NCBI RefSeq assembly: GCF_011745625.1
Contig: NW_027191517.1
Span: forward strand, 1 to 46,748
DNA length: 46,748 nucleotides
DNA from: Cladosporium halotolerans
Lineage: Eukaryota
Reading direction: 5' to 3'
Shown one piece after another: positions 24,667-36,200 of this stretch (position 1 is its first letter; every line of letters starts with the position of its first letter). The notes beneath the pieces were generated by a model, which saw only the letters and a list, made by a program, of their open reading frames with translations, did no database searches and was not told the origin of the DNA. A program made the position numbers and the translations under genes.

Positions 24667-25626
24667 TCAGATGTCGCTGATGAATGCCAGAAGACTGAAT
24701 AGCACATCTGTATTGACGCGACATCCCTCACCCGGTTGAATTGACCTGCGGAAGCTGTTCCATAGCCATGTGACCACATCTCCCTGGCTCATACCTTTGA
24801 AGTTCTGCTGTTCGATGAGAATATATGCCTCGGAGCAGAGCATCGTGGATTCGCCGTAAGGGTTTTTCTGATAGTAGGCTTCCGTCGCTGGCTGAAATTC
24901 GTATCCAGGCATCAGCAGAGGGCTCTCATGACTCCAGCTGGGTGTCATTCGATCTCTTGTATTGACAGTCACTTGTAAATCCCATGAGGGATCAATATGG
25001 CAACAGGGTGTAGTTGGAGCCAATAAAGGGTCATGTGTGACTTCTGCGGGCAGCAGACTCCCAGCCTCTGCAACGTCCCGGTTTGAAGCAGGTTCAATAG
25101 CCAGCGGAGGCACGGGTACGAGTTCGGAGTACTGAGATACAGGGATAGGCGGCTGAAGACTTCCAGTAAGTAGAGAGATGACAGCGTTGGTCTCTGATCC
25201 GGATTGGTCATCAGAAACCAAGGGCTCGGTTAAGGCGAGCGCTGGCAGTTCCCGAGCTTCGAGGTCTTCTGTGCCAGAGAGCGCACCATACCCCTGACGC
25301 GCTTCGCCGTGAGTGTCAAAAAGAGAAGGTGGTGATGTGCTATCACGGCTCTCACATCTCTGAGGCTTTCGCGTGCGATCATCTGCAGCATGTTGATTAT
25401 GCGACCAGTGGCGGTATCGTGTCAACGTCGCTTGAAGAGCTCGCACCTGATCCTTGAAGGTCTCAATAGTCTGTTCGGCTTCGCGAAGTTTTTGCTCCAG
25501 CGTTGCGACATGGTCTTTCCGCCGAGCGCGATGCCGGCGCTGATTGTTGCGGACCCGCTCCAGCGTGTGTTGGGGTGAAACCCGTTTGGTCCTGTGTCGT
25601 TGCACGGAGGGTGATCCTGGAGCCAT
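24667..25626 (-). CDS. bZIP transcription factor 2, intronless, 319 aa, divergent from arsM
   Basis: LERVRNNQRRHRARRKDHVATLEQKL plus zipper. C-terminal domain TMLCSEAYILIEQQN…EGCRVNTDVLFSLLAFIS. Confidence 0.88.
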   Translation of the reverse strand: MAPGSPSVQRHRTKRVSPQHTLERVRNNQRRHRARRKDHVATLEQKLREAEQTIETFKDQVRALQATLTRYRHWSHNQHAADDRTRKPQRCESRDSTSPPSLFDTHGEARQGYGALSGTEDLEARELPALALTEPLVSDDQSGSETNAVISLLTGSLQPPIPVSQYSELVPVPPLAIEPASNRDVAEAGSLLPAEVTHDPLLAPTTPCCHIDPSWDLQVTVNTRDRMTPSWSHESPLLMPGYEFQPATEAYYQKNPYGESTMLCSEAYILIEQQNFKGMSQGDVVTWLWNSFRRSIQPGEGCRVNTDVLFSLLAFISDI

Positions 25627-26144
25627 GGTGAGTCGTTGTCATCGATCTGTCACCGATGCGATCTAAGCCTTCAATCTCTTCCACTTATCTATACTCTTTA
25701 AAACGGTGACACACCGATGTTTCGCTCTTAGTCAGCATGTACCCCGGTCTTTTTCCGCCACAGCCACAAACGCTCTGTGATTGGACGCCACCACTCCGGA
25801 TTCCGACCGGATTACGTAGTTGTTTTCCGACCGTCGCAGCGGGCGAGCTGTGACCTATGCCTAGAAGGTGGAAGAAGACGCCTCCAACACACGAGCCTGG
25901 ATGGAAGCGCATGATAAAGCTCCCCTCCTAGATCGATCTATGGTTTCCTCCGATTAGGTGATCATCAAGGTTTTCGTTTGTCAAGGACACTGATTAGATG
26001 TCTAGAAATGATGACATACCGAGGCGATTGCATGAACTATACATATATATGAATACGTTGTCGAACTTGAGAAACATTCAATCCACCATAACGCGTGCAT
26101 CTACCAATATTTGAATCTTAACCTACCAATATTTGATACTCTCA

Positions 26145-27322
26145 ATGGAGCTTAAGGAGATCTATGACCAAGTTAGTAAGCGGTATGGCTCAGTTGCTAA
26201 GAGCAGCACTGGCCATTATGAGCAGGCAATCGCGAAGGCCTTTGGATACACTGAAGAAGAGCTCGCTGGCGTTCCCGAAGGTGCGAATCTGGGACTGAGC
26301 TGCGGCAACCCAGTTGCTCTTGCGAGGTTGAGAGAGGTGTGTATGTCCATACTCTACGTTTGGCTATTTCTCTGACGGTCAACAGGGCGAAACCGTCATT
26401 GATCTTGGGTCTGGCGCTGGCTTTGACGTATTTACGGCTGCAAAGAGAGTCGGCCTCACAGGTAAAGCCATCGGAGTTGACATGAACAAGGTATGCAAGT
26501 TCTTGCCCTCCGGATAAATTCTAGCATGTGTCTAATAGAATGTAATAGAATATGATCGACAAGGCAAATGCCAACAAAGCTCACACTACCGCCTCAAACG
26601 TCCTATTCATTGAATCCGCTATTACGTCTATCGCGCTACCCGACAGCACTGCTGACTGTATCATTAGCAACTGCGTCATCAACCTTGTCCCTGCAGTGGA
26701 GAAACAGCTTGCGTTTAATGAGATTTTCCGACTACTCAAGCCCGGTGGACGAGTTGCCATCAGCGACATACTTGCCCGCAAGGAATTCACCGAGGAGATG
26801 AAGAAGAACATTTCTCTATATGTCGGGTGCGTCGCGGGAGCTAGCCAAGTCAGCGAGTATGACGCGTTCCTCAAAAATGCGGGCTTTAATGGCAAGCCGA
26901 ACCGTCCTAATATGAGTCATGATGGAGGCTAATTAGTTTGTACAAGGTATCCTCGTCGCGGACAGCAAAAATGACTTAAACGTGTACCGTACCGCCGCCG
27001 AGGACAAGCCATCCACTTCTGGGATAGATGCCATAAGAGAGGAGCAGGACGCCCTGTTTTGCTGTAGTGCAGAGACGAGAAAGACTTGCTGCAAGCTCGA
27101 TGAGAAAGAGTCATGTTGTGGAACGAAGACATCCACGTGTGCCTGCCAGACCCGGACGAGTTCAATGGGCGATGAGGCCAAGACAATGGCGAGTCGACTG
27201 GATATCAGAGATCTTAACGAATGGGCAGGCAAGTACACCGGACACTTAGCTGGACGGAGATCCTCAAGTAACCATTCCTAGGCTCGTTCCATGTGTATGC
27301 TGTCAAGCCCACGACGATCTGA
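26145..27322 (+). CDS. arsM: Arsenite S-adenosylmethionine methyltransferase; introns 26337-26385, 26491-26548, 26892-26946 (GC-AG), 27229-27281 (GC-AG)
   Basis: [60 protein letters not shown] and spliced end [13 protein letters not shown]. Confidence 0.95.
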
Positions 27323-27869
27323 AGATATGGTCGGAATTTGGTCAGGCCGCCGATCGGAGGCTGAGGCTTTTGCCAAACATATGGCGAACGAATCCAATCA
27401 ATGCTGTAGCATTGCAGGAATTTCGATTTTGTTCAGGATCACGCAGCAGTTTTGACTCGAGAGAAATATGATTCGAAATGAACACAAAGGGTTGACCTAA
27501 TGAGGGTATATCATAAGACCAAAACTTCCGTATTTCTCGAGCTGTAATACCTTGGCTATCAGGCTGTCAAAACGTGATTGAATCATTAGCTCAGACTGTC
27601 GTGAAGGTTGTGCGAGAAAGAGATTTTCCCTGAAACTTGATTCGTACGGTGCCGACCCAACACCTCATTCTGACTTTAGGTCGCTTCATCGATAAGCTGA
27701 AGCACGTTGGTTTTCAGACTGTCATAGTCAGACCCCTGACGCTCGTCGACGCAACCAGCTCTAGCGCCTTTAAGCGATTGACCAGGGATCGTGGCGCCCA
27801 AATAAGCCGTGCTGCCGGTGGACGCCGTTGAACGCCACTAGGAAGAGGCAAGCGTCCGGGTGTGTATGC

Positions 27870-28380
27870 CGCGGCTGCACGTCGCCAATTGAGGCAGATG
27901 ACAAGAACCATCGTCAAGACAAAGATTGCCAGCCAGATCGAATGCTCTGACCCCGACGAAGGCGACGAAGACGCAGAAGATATCGATCCAACGATCCGAA
28001 GCATGACCGACCAGCGAAACCACAAAACCCGGACAGTGAACCGGGCGTACGCCCACCAGGCGTGGGCAAGTTTTACCAACTTGTGGGATGGGAAAGTCCG
28101 GATGGGACTACAGGCTTCGACGCTGTGGCAGGATTTCTGGGGCGTAGGAATGATCCTCGAGCAGAAGAAATTGGGAAATTCGAGCAAGAGTCTCGCTTGA
28201 TGGAACGGGTCGCTATAGGCATCTACCGTCCTCGGAAGCCTTGGCCGATCGAAGCTCTCCTTGGAGGAGTGAAGAAGTTATATGGCAACAAAGAAGCGGG
28301 CTGGAAATCAATCGAGCAGGAGCAAGCTCTCGCGACGATAAGGTTGTGGACCGAGCAAGTGGTTGCCATGCTGCAGACCT
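27870..28380 (+). pseudogene. Relic of YR-RecQ element ORF, homologous to 40505-41000
   Basis: IVKTKIASQIECSDPDEGDED…QRNHKTRTVNRAYA…NLWDGKVRMGLQASTLWQDFWG is nearly identical to the segment in the 40299-42056 ORF, with frameshifts and stops. Confidence 0.85.
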
Positions 28381-28899
28381 ATTCGACAAAGAACGACCAT
28401 AATTCGTTCGCTTTTGTATGGGCAATAAACTTTATGGTTTAGCGAATGACCACGATTCGTTTGCTCTGCCCACCACGAACCGTTTGCTTTTAAGATTATC
28501 GGAATCTTGTAAACTTCCTCATGGACCGAAAATGGGCATTACGTCTTGCTCTGGTATAAATGCGACTGTGATGTCGCGCCAAAAGGCCGGTGAAGCGTCA
28601 CGTACAAAAATCCCAAGCCGCAAAATGCTCCAACCAAGAATCTCCAGCGAATAAAATGTCGCAAGTAGAGAGCGGTCGCATTGGTGGTTCAGAATACGTG
28701 CTGCATGCCATCAACTGAACGTGCCCTCATCGATGGTCTTCCGAAGGGTCGTCTCGTACCGCCATGAGCCATCCAGCGTGGTATCGATACTTTCCGACAT
28801 GGACGAGTTCTCGCGCCTTCTCGAAGTGGACATACCATGTCGCGTGTTAGTTTACTTGCAGCAATAATTCGAGATTGTTCCATCTCTAGTTCACAGGCA

Positions 28900-29400
28900 C
28901 TTGCGCGCACATCACTCTTGAGTGGGCGTCGTACAGCGTCGGAAAAGAATTGCAAAAGTCAACAACGTGTCAGGACTCGCAAAAGTTCATTCAGACGGGG
29001 TCTACTCTCTTGCACCCGATCCGCCCATCGCATCCCTACCGAGCTACTTTCACGGTTCAAAATGTGGCAGCGTGGATGAACGCGGTGTTGCCTGCGCATG
29101 TACATATTGTACTCCACGTGGAATCCAAGAGCATTGCATACGGCAGCATCGATGGACCAACGTACAATAGCGCGGAGGTGATACTCGTTTGAGGGAGTTA
29201 CACACATGCAACAAGCTTTGGACAGAGGATCACGCTTGCCAACGAGTCTTTGAGGTTGGGTCGTGGCAGCGGTACTTCGAAATAGCACGCCAGGACGCCG
29301 AACCGATTTCCGTCAGACCTGTCTCAACTAAAAATGACTTTTCCTGGCCCAAGAAGACGGTTTTCGGCCGGCAGCATGCGATGCTATCGATGATGTTGAC
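28900..29400 (+). pseudogene. Relic of DUF3505-like Zn-finger N-terminus of a YR-RecQ element
   Basis: C..C…GIQEHCIRQHRW…RGG…WTEDHACQRVFEVGSWQRYFEI matches the HC…H.W…CQRFF…YF pattern of the ORFs at 37110 and 42650. Confidence 0.65.
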
Positions 29401-30963
29401 TGGGTGCATGAGTTCGCATCTGACCAATTCCCATTCGCCTCCTAGGATTTTCATCACCGTCTGACCGTTCGACGCGCCGAGCTCGGTTGCAGCGGTCCAT
29501 GCTGCGGGTTTGGCGGCGGTGTGGAGCACTTCGGGAAGTGCAGTGTGTCTGACCATTGTTTTGTCTATCGGATGCGCTGAGCTCGATGGCTGCGTTCGGG
29601 GCAGCACGTTTAGGTGTCGCTTGAAGCCGATCGGGACGCGCAGGCTACGGGGGATTCGGCTTCGATATGTATTTCGCACGAGCCATGAGATCATATCCAG
29701 GTCCCGGCTCCTGGGTAAGTGTAGCGCGGTGTTCTGCTCCGTAGACCGTTGTGCTTTCCCGGCGCGACGCGTGAGGGTTATAGGATAGGGATTCATTTCG
29801 CCCGGCGCTAGGCACCTAAAGGGCAACAGACTGTTCACGCTACGTACATTGTCTTTCTCCCAATCATAACACCCTACAGAACTGTTAATCACTCTTTTTC
29901 TGGCGCTCTATCCTATGCCATTTCACACATATTCTTCTTTCGGTCAAATGGCACGTCACCTGCGAGCAGCGCAACGCCGTCTCGCAGGCAGGTCTCGATA
30001 AGTGTTTCGCTCGATAAAACGTAAATAAGCACGCGTTGCCTCTCCGTAGCGTAGAAATAACACTCAGTAATTAGGGTAGCTGTTGAGAGCTAGGCTTCCC
30101 TCATGGTAACGGTATCGTACCAATCGCCTCAAGCCTTGGGTCAAGCCTTGGCTTCAATAGAAAACATCGCACTAATTCCTGCAGGCGTGGCAAACTGTGA
30201 TTCGCTCATTGCTCGACCGGTGTAGGTCACAAAATCTGCGTCACACGGATTGATTCACACTCGGTGTACTCACACTGCAAAGTGCAACGTAGCTTACACT
30301 TCATCACTCGTTCTATCACACTTCAATCGCGAAGCAGCGTCTTCTTGGGTCAACACATGGTGTATAGTATATTCACAAAGGCATTGAGAGAACTTGAAAG
30401 CGAATATGGAGAAAACCCACTCCACGGGGATCCCTGGGTGATCAGACTTATACATCAATGAGCCGGTGCTCAGCGTCCGAAGAGATGTCTCCCAACGACT
30501 GCGGGACGAGAACAGCATGATGCATATGCTTGAGTTCGCACCTTTTATCAAAAAGTACTGGGATCAGATGCCTGGATTACCCATCTTGTTGGAGAACTCG
30601 TGGGGGTGGCATGATCCCCAATGCCGAGCAATGTTGTCAAGTGTAACATGGCTAGAAGCTTCCATCGGCGGAACCTGTGACGCTAAGCCCGCTTTGGATG
30701 CCCTTATCGCCTCGCCAAATAACTGCTTGCGGTTTCTGATGCATTTTCTCGTTCTTTTGGACAATCACATGATCATGGAAGTCTGGAAAAAGGAGTCTCT
30801 CCAAATTATCAAAGATCGCGAAGCAAAGTGCCGACCTCATCTAAAATGAAATTGGGTGTGAAAGGGTTGATTGAATTATGTATCTACTACTGGGGCCATC
30901 CACTGCTTTATACCTTTAGTGGGTCGGTGGCGGTCTGGATGCTTTCGTCCAGCAATCTTCAAC

Positions 30964-32856
30964 ACCCCCCCTTAATGGTACACCAGGGCCCAGCCCCCAC
31001 TGCTTCTCCCCAGTTCTGTAAATACAGCTTCTACCATTCACTGCAACCCTAATGCCTTCCAGAACCCCAGGAAAGCTACTTTGGAAAGTGGCTTTGTCAG
31101 CCCATCGGCAATTTGTTTGCTGGTCTCAATAAATTCTAGCCCCACCGTTCCATCATTGACCTTTTCTCGGATGTAGTGGTGCTGTATGTCAATGTGTTTC
31201 GAGCGGCCGTGGAACTTCGGGTTCTTAGCGAGAGCTATGGCTCCCTGATCATCGCCGTAAATGACAGTCGGGGGTATCTCGCGCTCGTCCATGTCGGCGG
31301 GCTCCGCGAGAAGATTTCGAAGCCAGACTGCTTCTTTGGTCGCTTGTGTCTGGCCAACGTACTCGGCTTCACATGTCGAGAGTGAGACGGTGCTTTGCTG
31401 TTTAGACCACCAGCTGATGGGACCGGTTCCGATGCTAAAGATATTACCCGACGTGGACCGTCGCGTTCCTACATCACCGGCCCAATCTCTATCAGAGTAC
31501 CCAACGAGTGGACTTAGGCTCCCAGTGAACGCGAGTCCTAAGTCGATCGTGCCTCGAAGGTACCGCAAGATCCGTTGCACTGCTCCCCAGTGTTCTGTTG
31601 TGGGGTTTGCAGAGAACCTGCTGACGACAGAGACAGCATAGGCTATGTCCGGCCGTGTTCCCAGCATTGCATACATTAGCAGGCCGACGGATCTCTGGTA
31701 CTTCGCTTTCGAGGCGTCGGCCGCCTGGTACCCTTGCGGTGCGTTTGAAAGCTTACCGCTGTCTTCGCGTCCCACAAATCGAGATCCTTGAGGAGCTTCT
31801 CGATGTAGGCGCGTTGACTGAGGTAGAGAGATCTGTTGGCCCGGTCTCTTCTGATGCCGGTGCCAAGGTATTGCGTGCACGGCCCGAGATCGGACACCTG
31901 GAACCGGCCATCCAGGGCTCGTTTCACGTTCATGATGCCCTCCTTACATGGGTCCCGCTATGAGGAGGTCGTCCACGTAGATGGCTATGATCATGCCGTT
32001 ACAGGTGAAGACGCTCAAGTCGGCATTCAGGGCTTCGAAGCCGAGCGACCTGAGGAACTTTGTGAGTGTCGTATTCGATACGGGGCGACTGCTTGAGCCC
32101 GTACAAGGCCTTTTAGAGCAGGCAGACGCTTCCAGACTCTTTCTCGTACCCGGTGCGCTGCTCGACGTAGATCTCGTCGTCCACGCGACCATACAAGAAT
32201 GCAGTCTTGACGTCCATCTGTTCGATCTCGTACTTCATAGCCGCTGCGATCGCGAACAGTGCCTTGTAGCTCATGGGCTTGACGACTGCCACGAACGTCT
32301 CGGCGTAGTCGCTGTTTTCTACTTGTTCGAAACCGCGAACGGCCCATCGTGCCTTGTACTTTTGCACGCTGCCATCTGCTGCTCTCTTGATCTTGTAGAC
32401 CCGCTCGCCGCGGAGGAAATGTTTACCCTTCGCGGTCATCGAAGATCTGGGTTGCAGTCTACACGTCTCGTTCAGATGCAGCGACTTAATCTCGTCGTCC
32501 ATGGCGTCTCTCAATTGACTCCAAGAAGCACTGGACTTTGCTTCATCATAAGAGCGCGGTTCGAATGGCTCGATTGTGAGTGCAGCAGCGACAACTGAGC
32601 GGCATAACATCATCCAATCCTTGTTGGTGTACCGGCTGTTATGACCTTTGCTTGTTCTAGGCGACCGCCAGATGGTCGGCTTGCTTCCATCTCCGGCATC
32701 TGGACGCCGATCGCCCTGGTCAGCGGCCTCGCTGGCCACTTTGCTCGTGGAGGTCTCATCTGCGTTTTCAAACATTGGCTCAATCTTGCTGATATGGGGA
32801 GCATATGTTTGACTCGACAAAGTCAGGCGCGGCGTCGTCGCATCGATGTCCATCAT
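30964..32856 (-). mobile_element. Ty1/Copia LTR retrotransposon relic (RT + RNase H, frameshifted, 5' truncated)
   Basis: EPRSYDEA, YKARWAVRGFEQ, EQMDVKTAFLYG, IYVDDLLI, GTRPDIAYAVS, YSDRDWAGD, STCEAEY, SKHIDIQHHYIRE, QIADGLTKPL. Polypurine tract AAGGGGGGG is followed by TGTTG (start of the 3' LTR at 30964, extent not determined). Confidence 0.92.
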
Positions 32857-33234
32857 TCTCCCCCCCTACATCGACAGGTGCGGGCGCAGATGGTTCGTGT
32901 AGGGAGATGTCGGGCGTTTCACGCCGTGGTGAACCCGTTTGTTCGGACGCGACATTAACGTCGCCTAACCTAACCAATATGAGGCAAGGAATCCAGCTTG
33001 AATTCCGGCTTGGCAGTCGCTCAATTCGGTAATTTGTGGGGGTGCACGGCCGATTCATGGTTGGATTCCAAGGGTAGGATTCCAGTCGCGTGTCCGGGCG
33101 AACGACGCGTCTTTGAAACAATACAAAAACATATATAGCGTCTCTTGGACTACACGGACTAGTCGCTTTTGTTTTATCTCTTCTGGGCCGGTATTCGCAT
33201 TTCTATTCGCATAGTATCACACGTAAAGTGCGCG

Positions 33235-36200
33235 ATGTCTTTGCCCGCTTACGCAGACGTCCCGCGGCCGGGCGTAGCTGGAAATCGAACTTTAGACGTT
33301 CAGCACACAGCCGTTTCGCCGGATTGTAATACGGGCGATATCCGACTTCCGAATGATAGAGACAAAATCACCGTAGAAAACGCGCATCAGTCACTCGAAT
33401 GGCACGAAGAGCACGGCGTACTGATATGTACGAGACACGGGTACGCCGTTCGGAATCTCGGCTTTCATCTACAGGAGTATCACACGGGCAACGCTAAAGA
33501 GAGGAGAGCAGTTCTCGAGCTGTTCGGTAGGCATGAGGTACGAGAGCCGAAAGATGTGACACTACCGGCACCGCTAGGAGCGCCGTTCGCTTCATTGGGT
33601 AAGCCGGTAAATGCATTCATCTGTAATGAGCCGGAGTGCGAGCATATTAGCACGAGCCGAAAAGGCATCCGGTTACACTGCAACCGAAAGCACGACTGGA
33701 GATCTTCGGCCGACGAAAGGGAACACTGGCATTCTATATGGGTACAGACGTTCTTCAAATCGGCAGGTCTACAGAAGTACTTCACCGTCGCTTACGACGA
33801 GGAAGAGAACACTGTCGTTCAGGGCGACAACGCGGAAATCGTGCTACCGACAAGATCTACTGCAAACGCCGCCGAGATCGTAGGAACGTCAAATGATACC
33901 GAAGTCGCAGCGATCGCTACAGACTGGAAGGAGCAGGACGAGAAATTAAACGAGACGCTCGACGTAGCAGACGCCGAGACTGCTAAGACCGATCATACTC
34001 TGTGGTTTAAGAAGACTGGTTGGGCCGAGCATATTGCGGGCTGCACTCTAAAGCATCTAAGTCAGGCGAGCCGACTGCCGGATCGCGACGAACAGACGCT
34101 TCACGAGGCCGTAAAGCTAAACGGCGCTCTGATCGAGAAATGCGTTGCAGGTCTCTCGTCTCTCGACAACGAAACCCGGCGCTGGCTCAGAAGCGCGAAG
34201 CACTCGGAGATCGATCAACGGCCGCTAGCGAGGTTGCAGAACGTAGAGAGTCAACAGACGTACGCCGTCTACATGGCACGACTGCTCTGTTACAGTCTGA
34301 GAGTGCTTCAGAGCTGCGAAGATAGCGAGAGGCTAGAAGGGACGGTAGATTACCAGCCGAGCGAAGGTCGAGGCTCAGAGAGCGATGTAGAGGATGACAG
34401 CGAGGATGACGAGGACAGCGAAGGCGGTGGCGACGGGGGTAGCGATTCCGGCATACAGCCCGTCGTCGACATCTTGAAAGACGCCCGTAGGCTATACCCG
34501 TGGCAGGGCAGGCAGAAGGATTTGCTAAGACGGGTTCGCGAGGGCATCGAGAATGGCTGGGACAAGAAGTCTCAGCTAAAGGCTCTGCTGGATTTCTACG
34601 AATCGCTCATCTTTCAGCACGTAAGGGGGGACACATTTAAGAGTGCGATCTTACACTTTCTCGCTATTCTAGGTATCGACGAGGAGACTAGACGGCTCCG
34701 GCAGGCGAACGACTTTTCTTATATGCTGGCTGGTATCGTCTACTGTATGCGAGTGATCGCCGTCGAAGTCATACTACCGTCGGAGGAAAGGGAAGATCAG
34801 GACGACGTGGACGACGAGCGCTTTAGGCGAACGAGGAACGACTTCTTAGCGGACGGCACGTATAGTGTGATGAGCAAAGCTCTCAGCATCTTGGCTTACG
34901 GCAAGAGCATAGCGATGAATCATAGCAACTCCGGGTCGATATCTTGGTCGCTAGATCGAACAGAGATGTCGTACAAGGGCAGGCCGATCGATGTGGCTCG
35001 CTTCGGGTGTATGGTCAGAGGCGTGGTCGAAGAAGCAGAGGGCAAGCTTTGGAAAGATCTGATGTGGGCAACGCAGGAAGAGCAGTTCGAAATCCCGCTC
35101 GACAAGCTTCAGGACGACGTCACTTGGACGAAGCGAGGGGTGTCGTTCGTCGACAATGCTAAGAACGGACTACAAGACAAGCGCGAGTGGATGATAAAGC
35201 GCGCGCTGGCAGACGTCAGAGGTAAAAAGATGCGTAAGCAAGGCGAGTGGTCGAGGCTGGAAGTGTGGAGGTACTTACGGAAGGTCGATCGATTCATGGA
35301 GCTACTTCTCTTCTGTGTTCACGTAACAGGCGGGCAGCCGGCGCGAGGGACCGAGATCACATCGATCCGGTTCAGGAACGGCTTCCAGCAGGACAGGAAC
35401 GTCTTCGCGATACAAGGGCATATGGTAGTCGTCACCCGGTATCACAAGTCTCAGTCGCAGTTCGACAAGCCGAAGGTGATCCCGAGGTTTCTACCGTGGA
35501 GGGTAGGGCAGCTACTCGCGATCTATCTAGCTTACGTTCAGCCGTTTCAGCAGTATCTAACGGTGAAAGTGAAGGGCTCAGGCCGATCTGATCACATCTG
35601 GGCGAACGAGTTCGGGCCGTGGGGGACGGATCGTTTGACTAAGGTCATAAACCGAGAGTCGAGCAAGCGACTAGGTACAAGGCTGACGACGCTGGACTAC
35701 CGGCATGTCGCAGTTAGCTTAGGGCGAGAGAAGGTTGGGGAGCAGTTCTCGCGAGGATACGTCGAAGAGACGGCCGAAGTCGAGGAGCCCGAAGTAGACG
35801 AGGATGACCCGCTCGAGGTCTCGGCTGGTAGAGGCGGTGAGATAGGGGCTAATCGGTACGGCGTCTCGCTCGATGTGATCAAACATCTCAGCAGCCGGTC
35901 GATCGACACTTTCAGGCCGCTCTGTCAGAAGTGGCACGAATTCTTAGAACTGGCGAGCTACGGTAAGAAGGGACAGAAGCGAGGACTACAAACAAGTAGC
36001 AGTAGCGGGAGCTTCTACACGCACTCGCTACAGGACACCGACGGGAGGAGGACGGCGATGATGGCAAACAATGGCATCAGGGGATGGGGTGCGGCAATTG
36101 ACAGATTTCGAGCACAGGGTCGAGAGCAAGGCTCAGAAGTAGGAGGAGGATCGAATGGTAGCTGGTGGTTCGGAGGAGGCGAGCGAAACGAAAGCGAGAA

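Noticed and set aside
26101..26136. Short direct duplications (CTACCAATATTTGA twice here; TAGAGTGGAGGC twice near 17921-17950; TCAAGCCTTGG twice near 30129-30151)
   Set aside because: Isolated slippage-type duplications with no further structure.
29230..29892. 220-aa minus-strand ORF
   Set aside because: Non-ATG start, no motif, and it overlaps a decayed + strand relic.
30264..30849. 127-aa ORF and an upstream short ORF
   Set aside because: No family recognised; may be a relic or overlap the Copia LTR.
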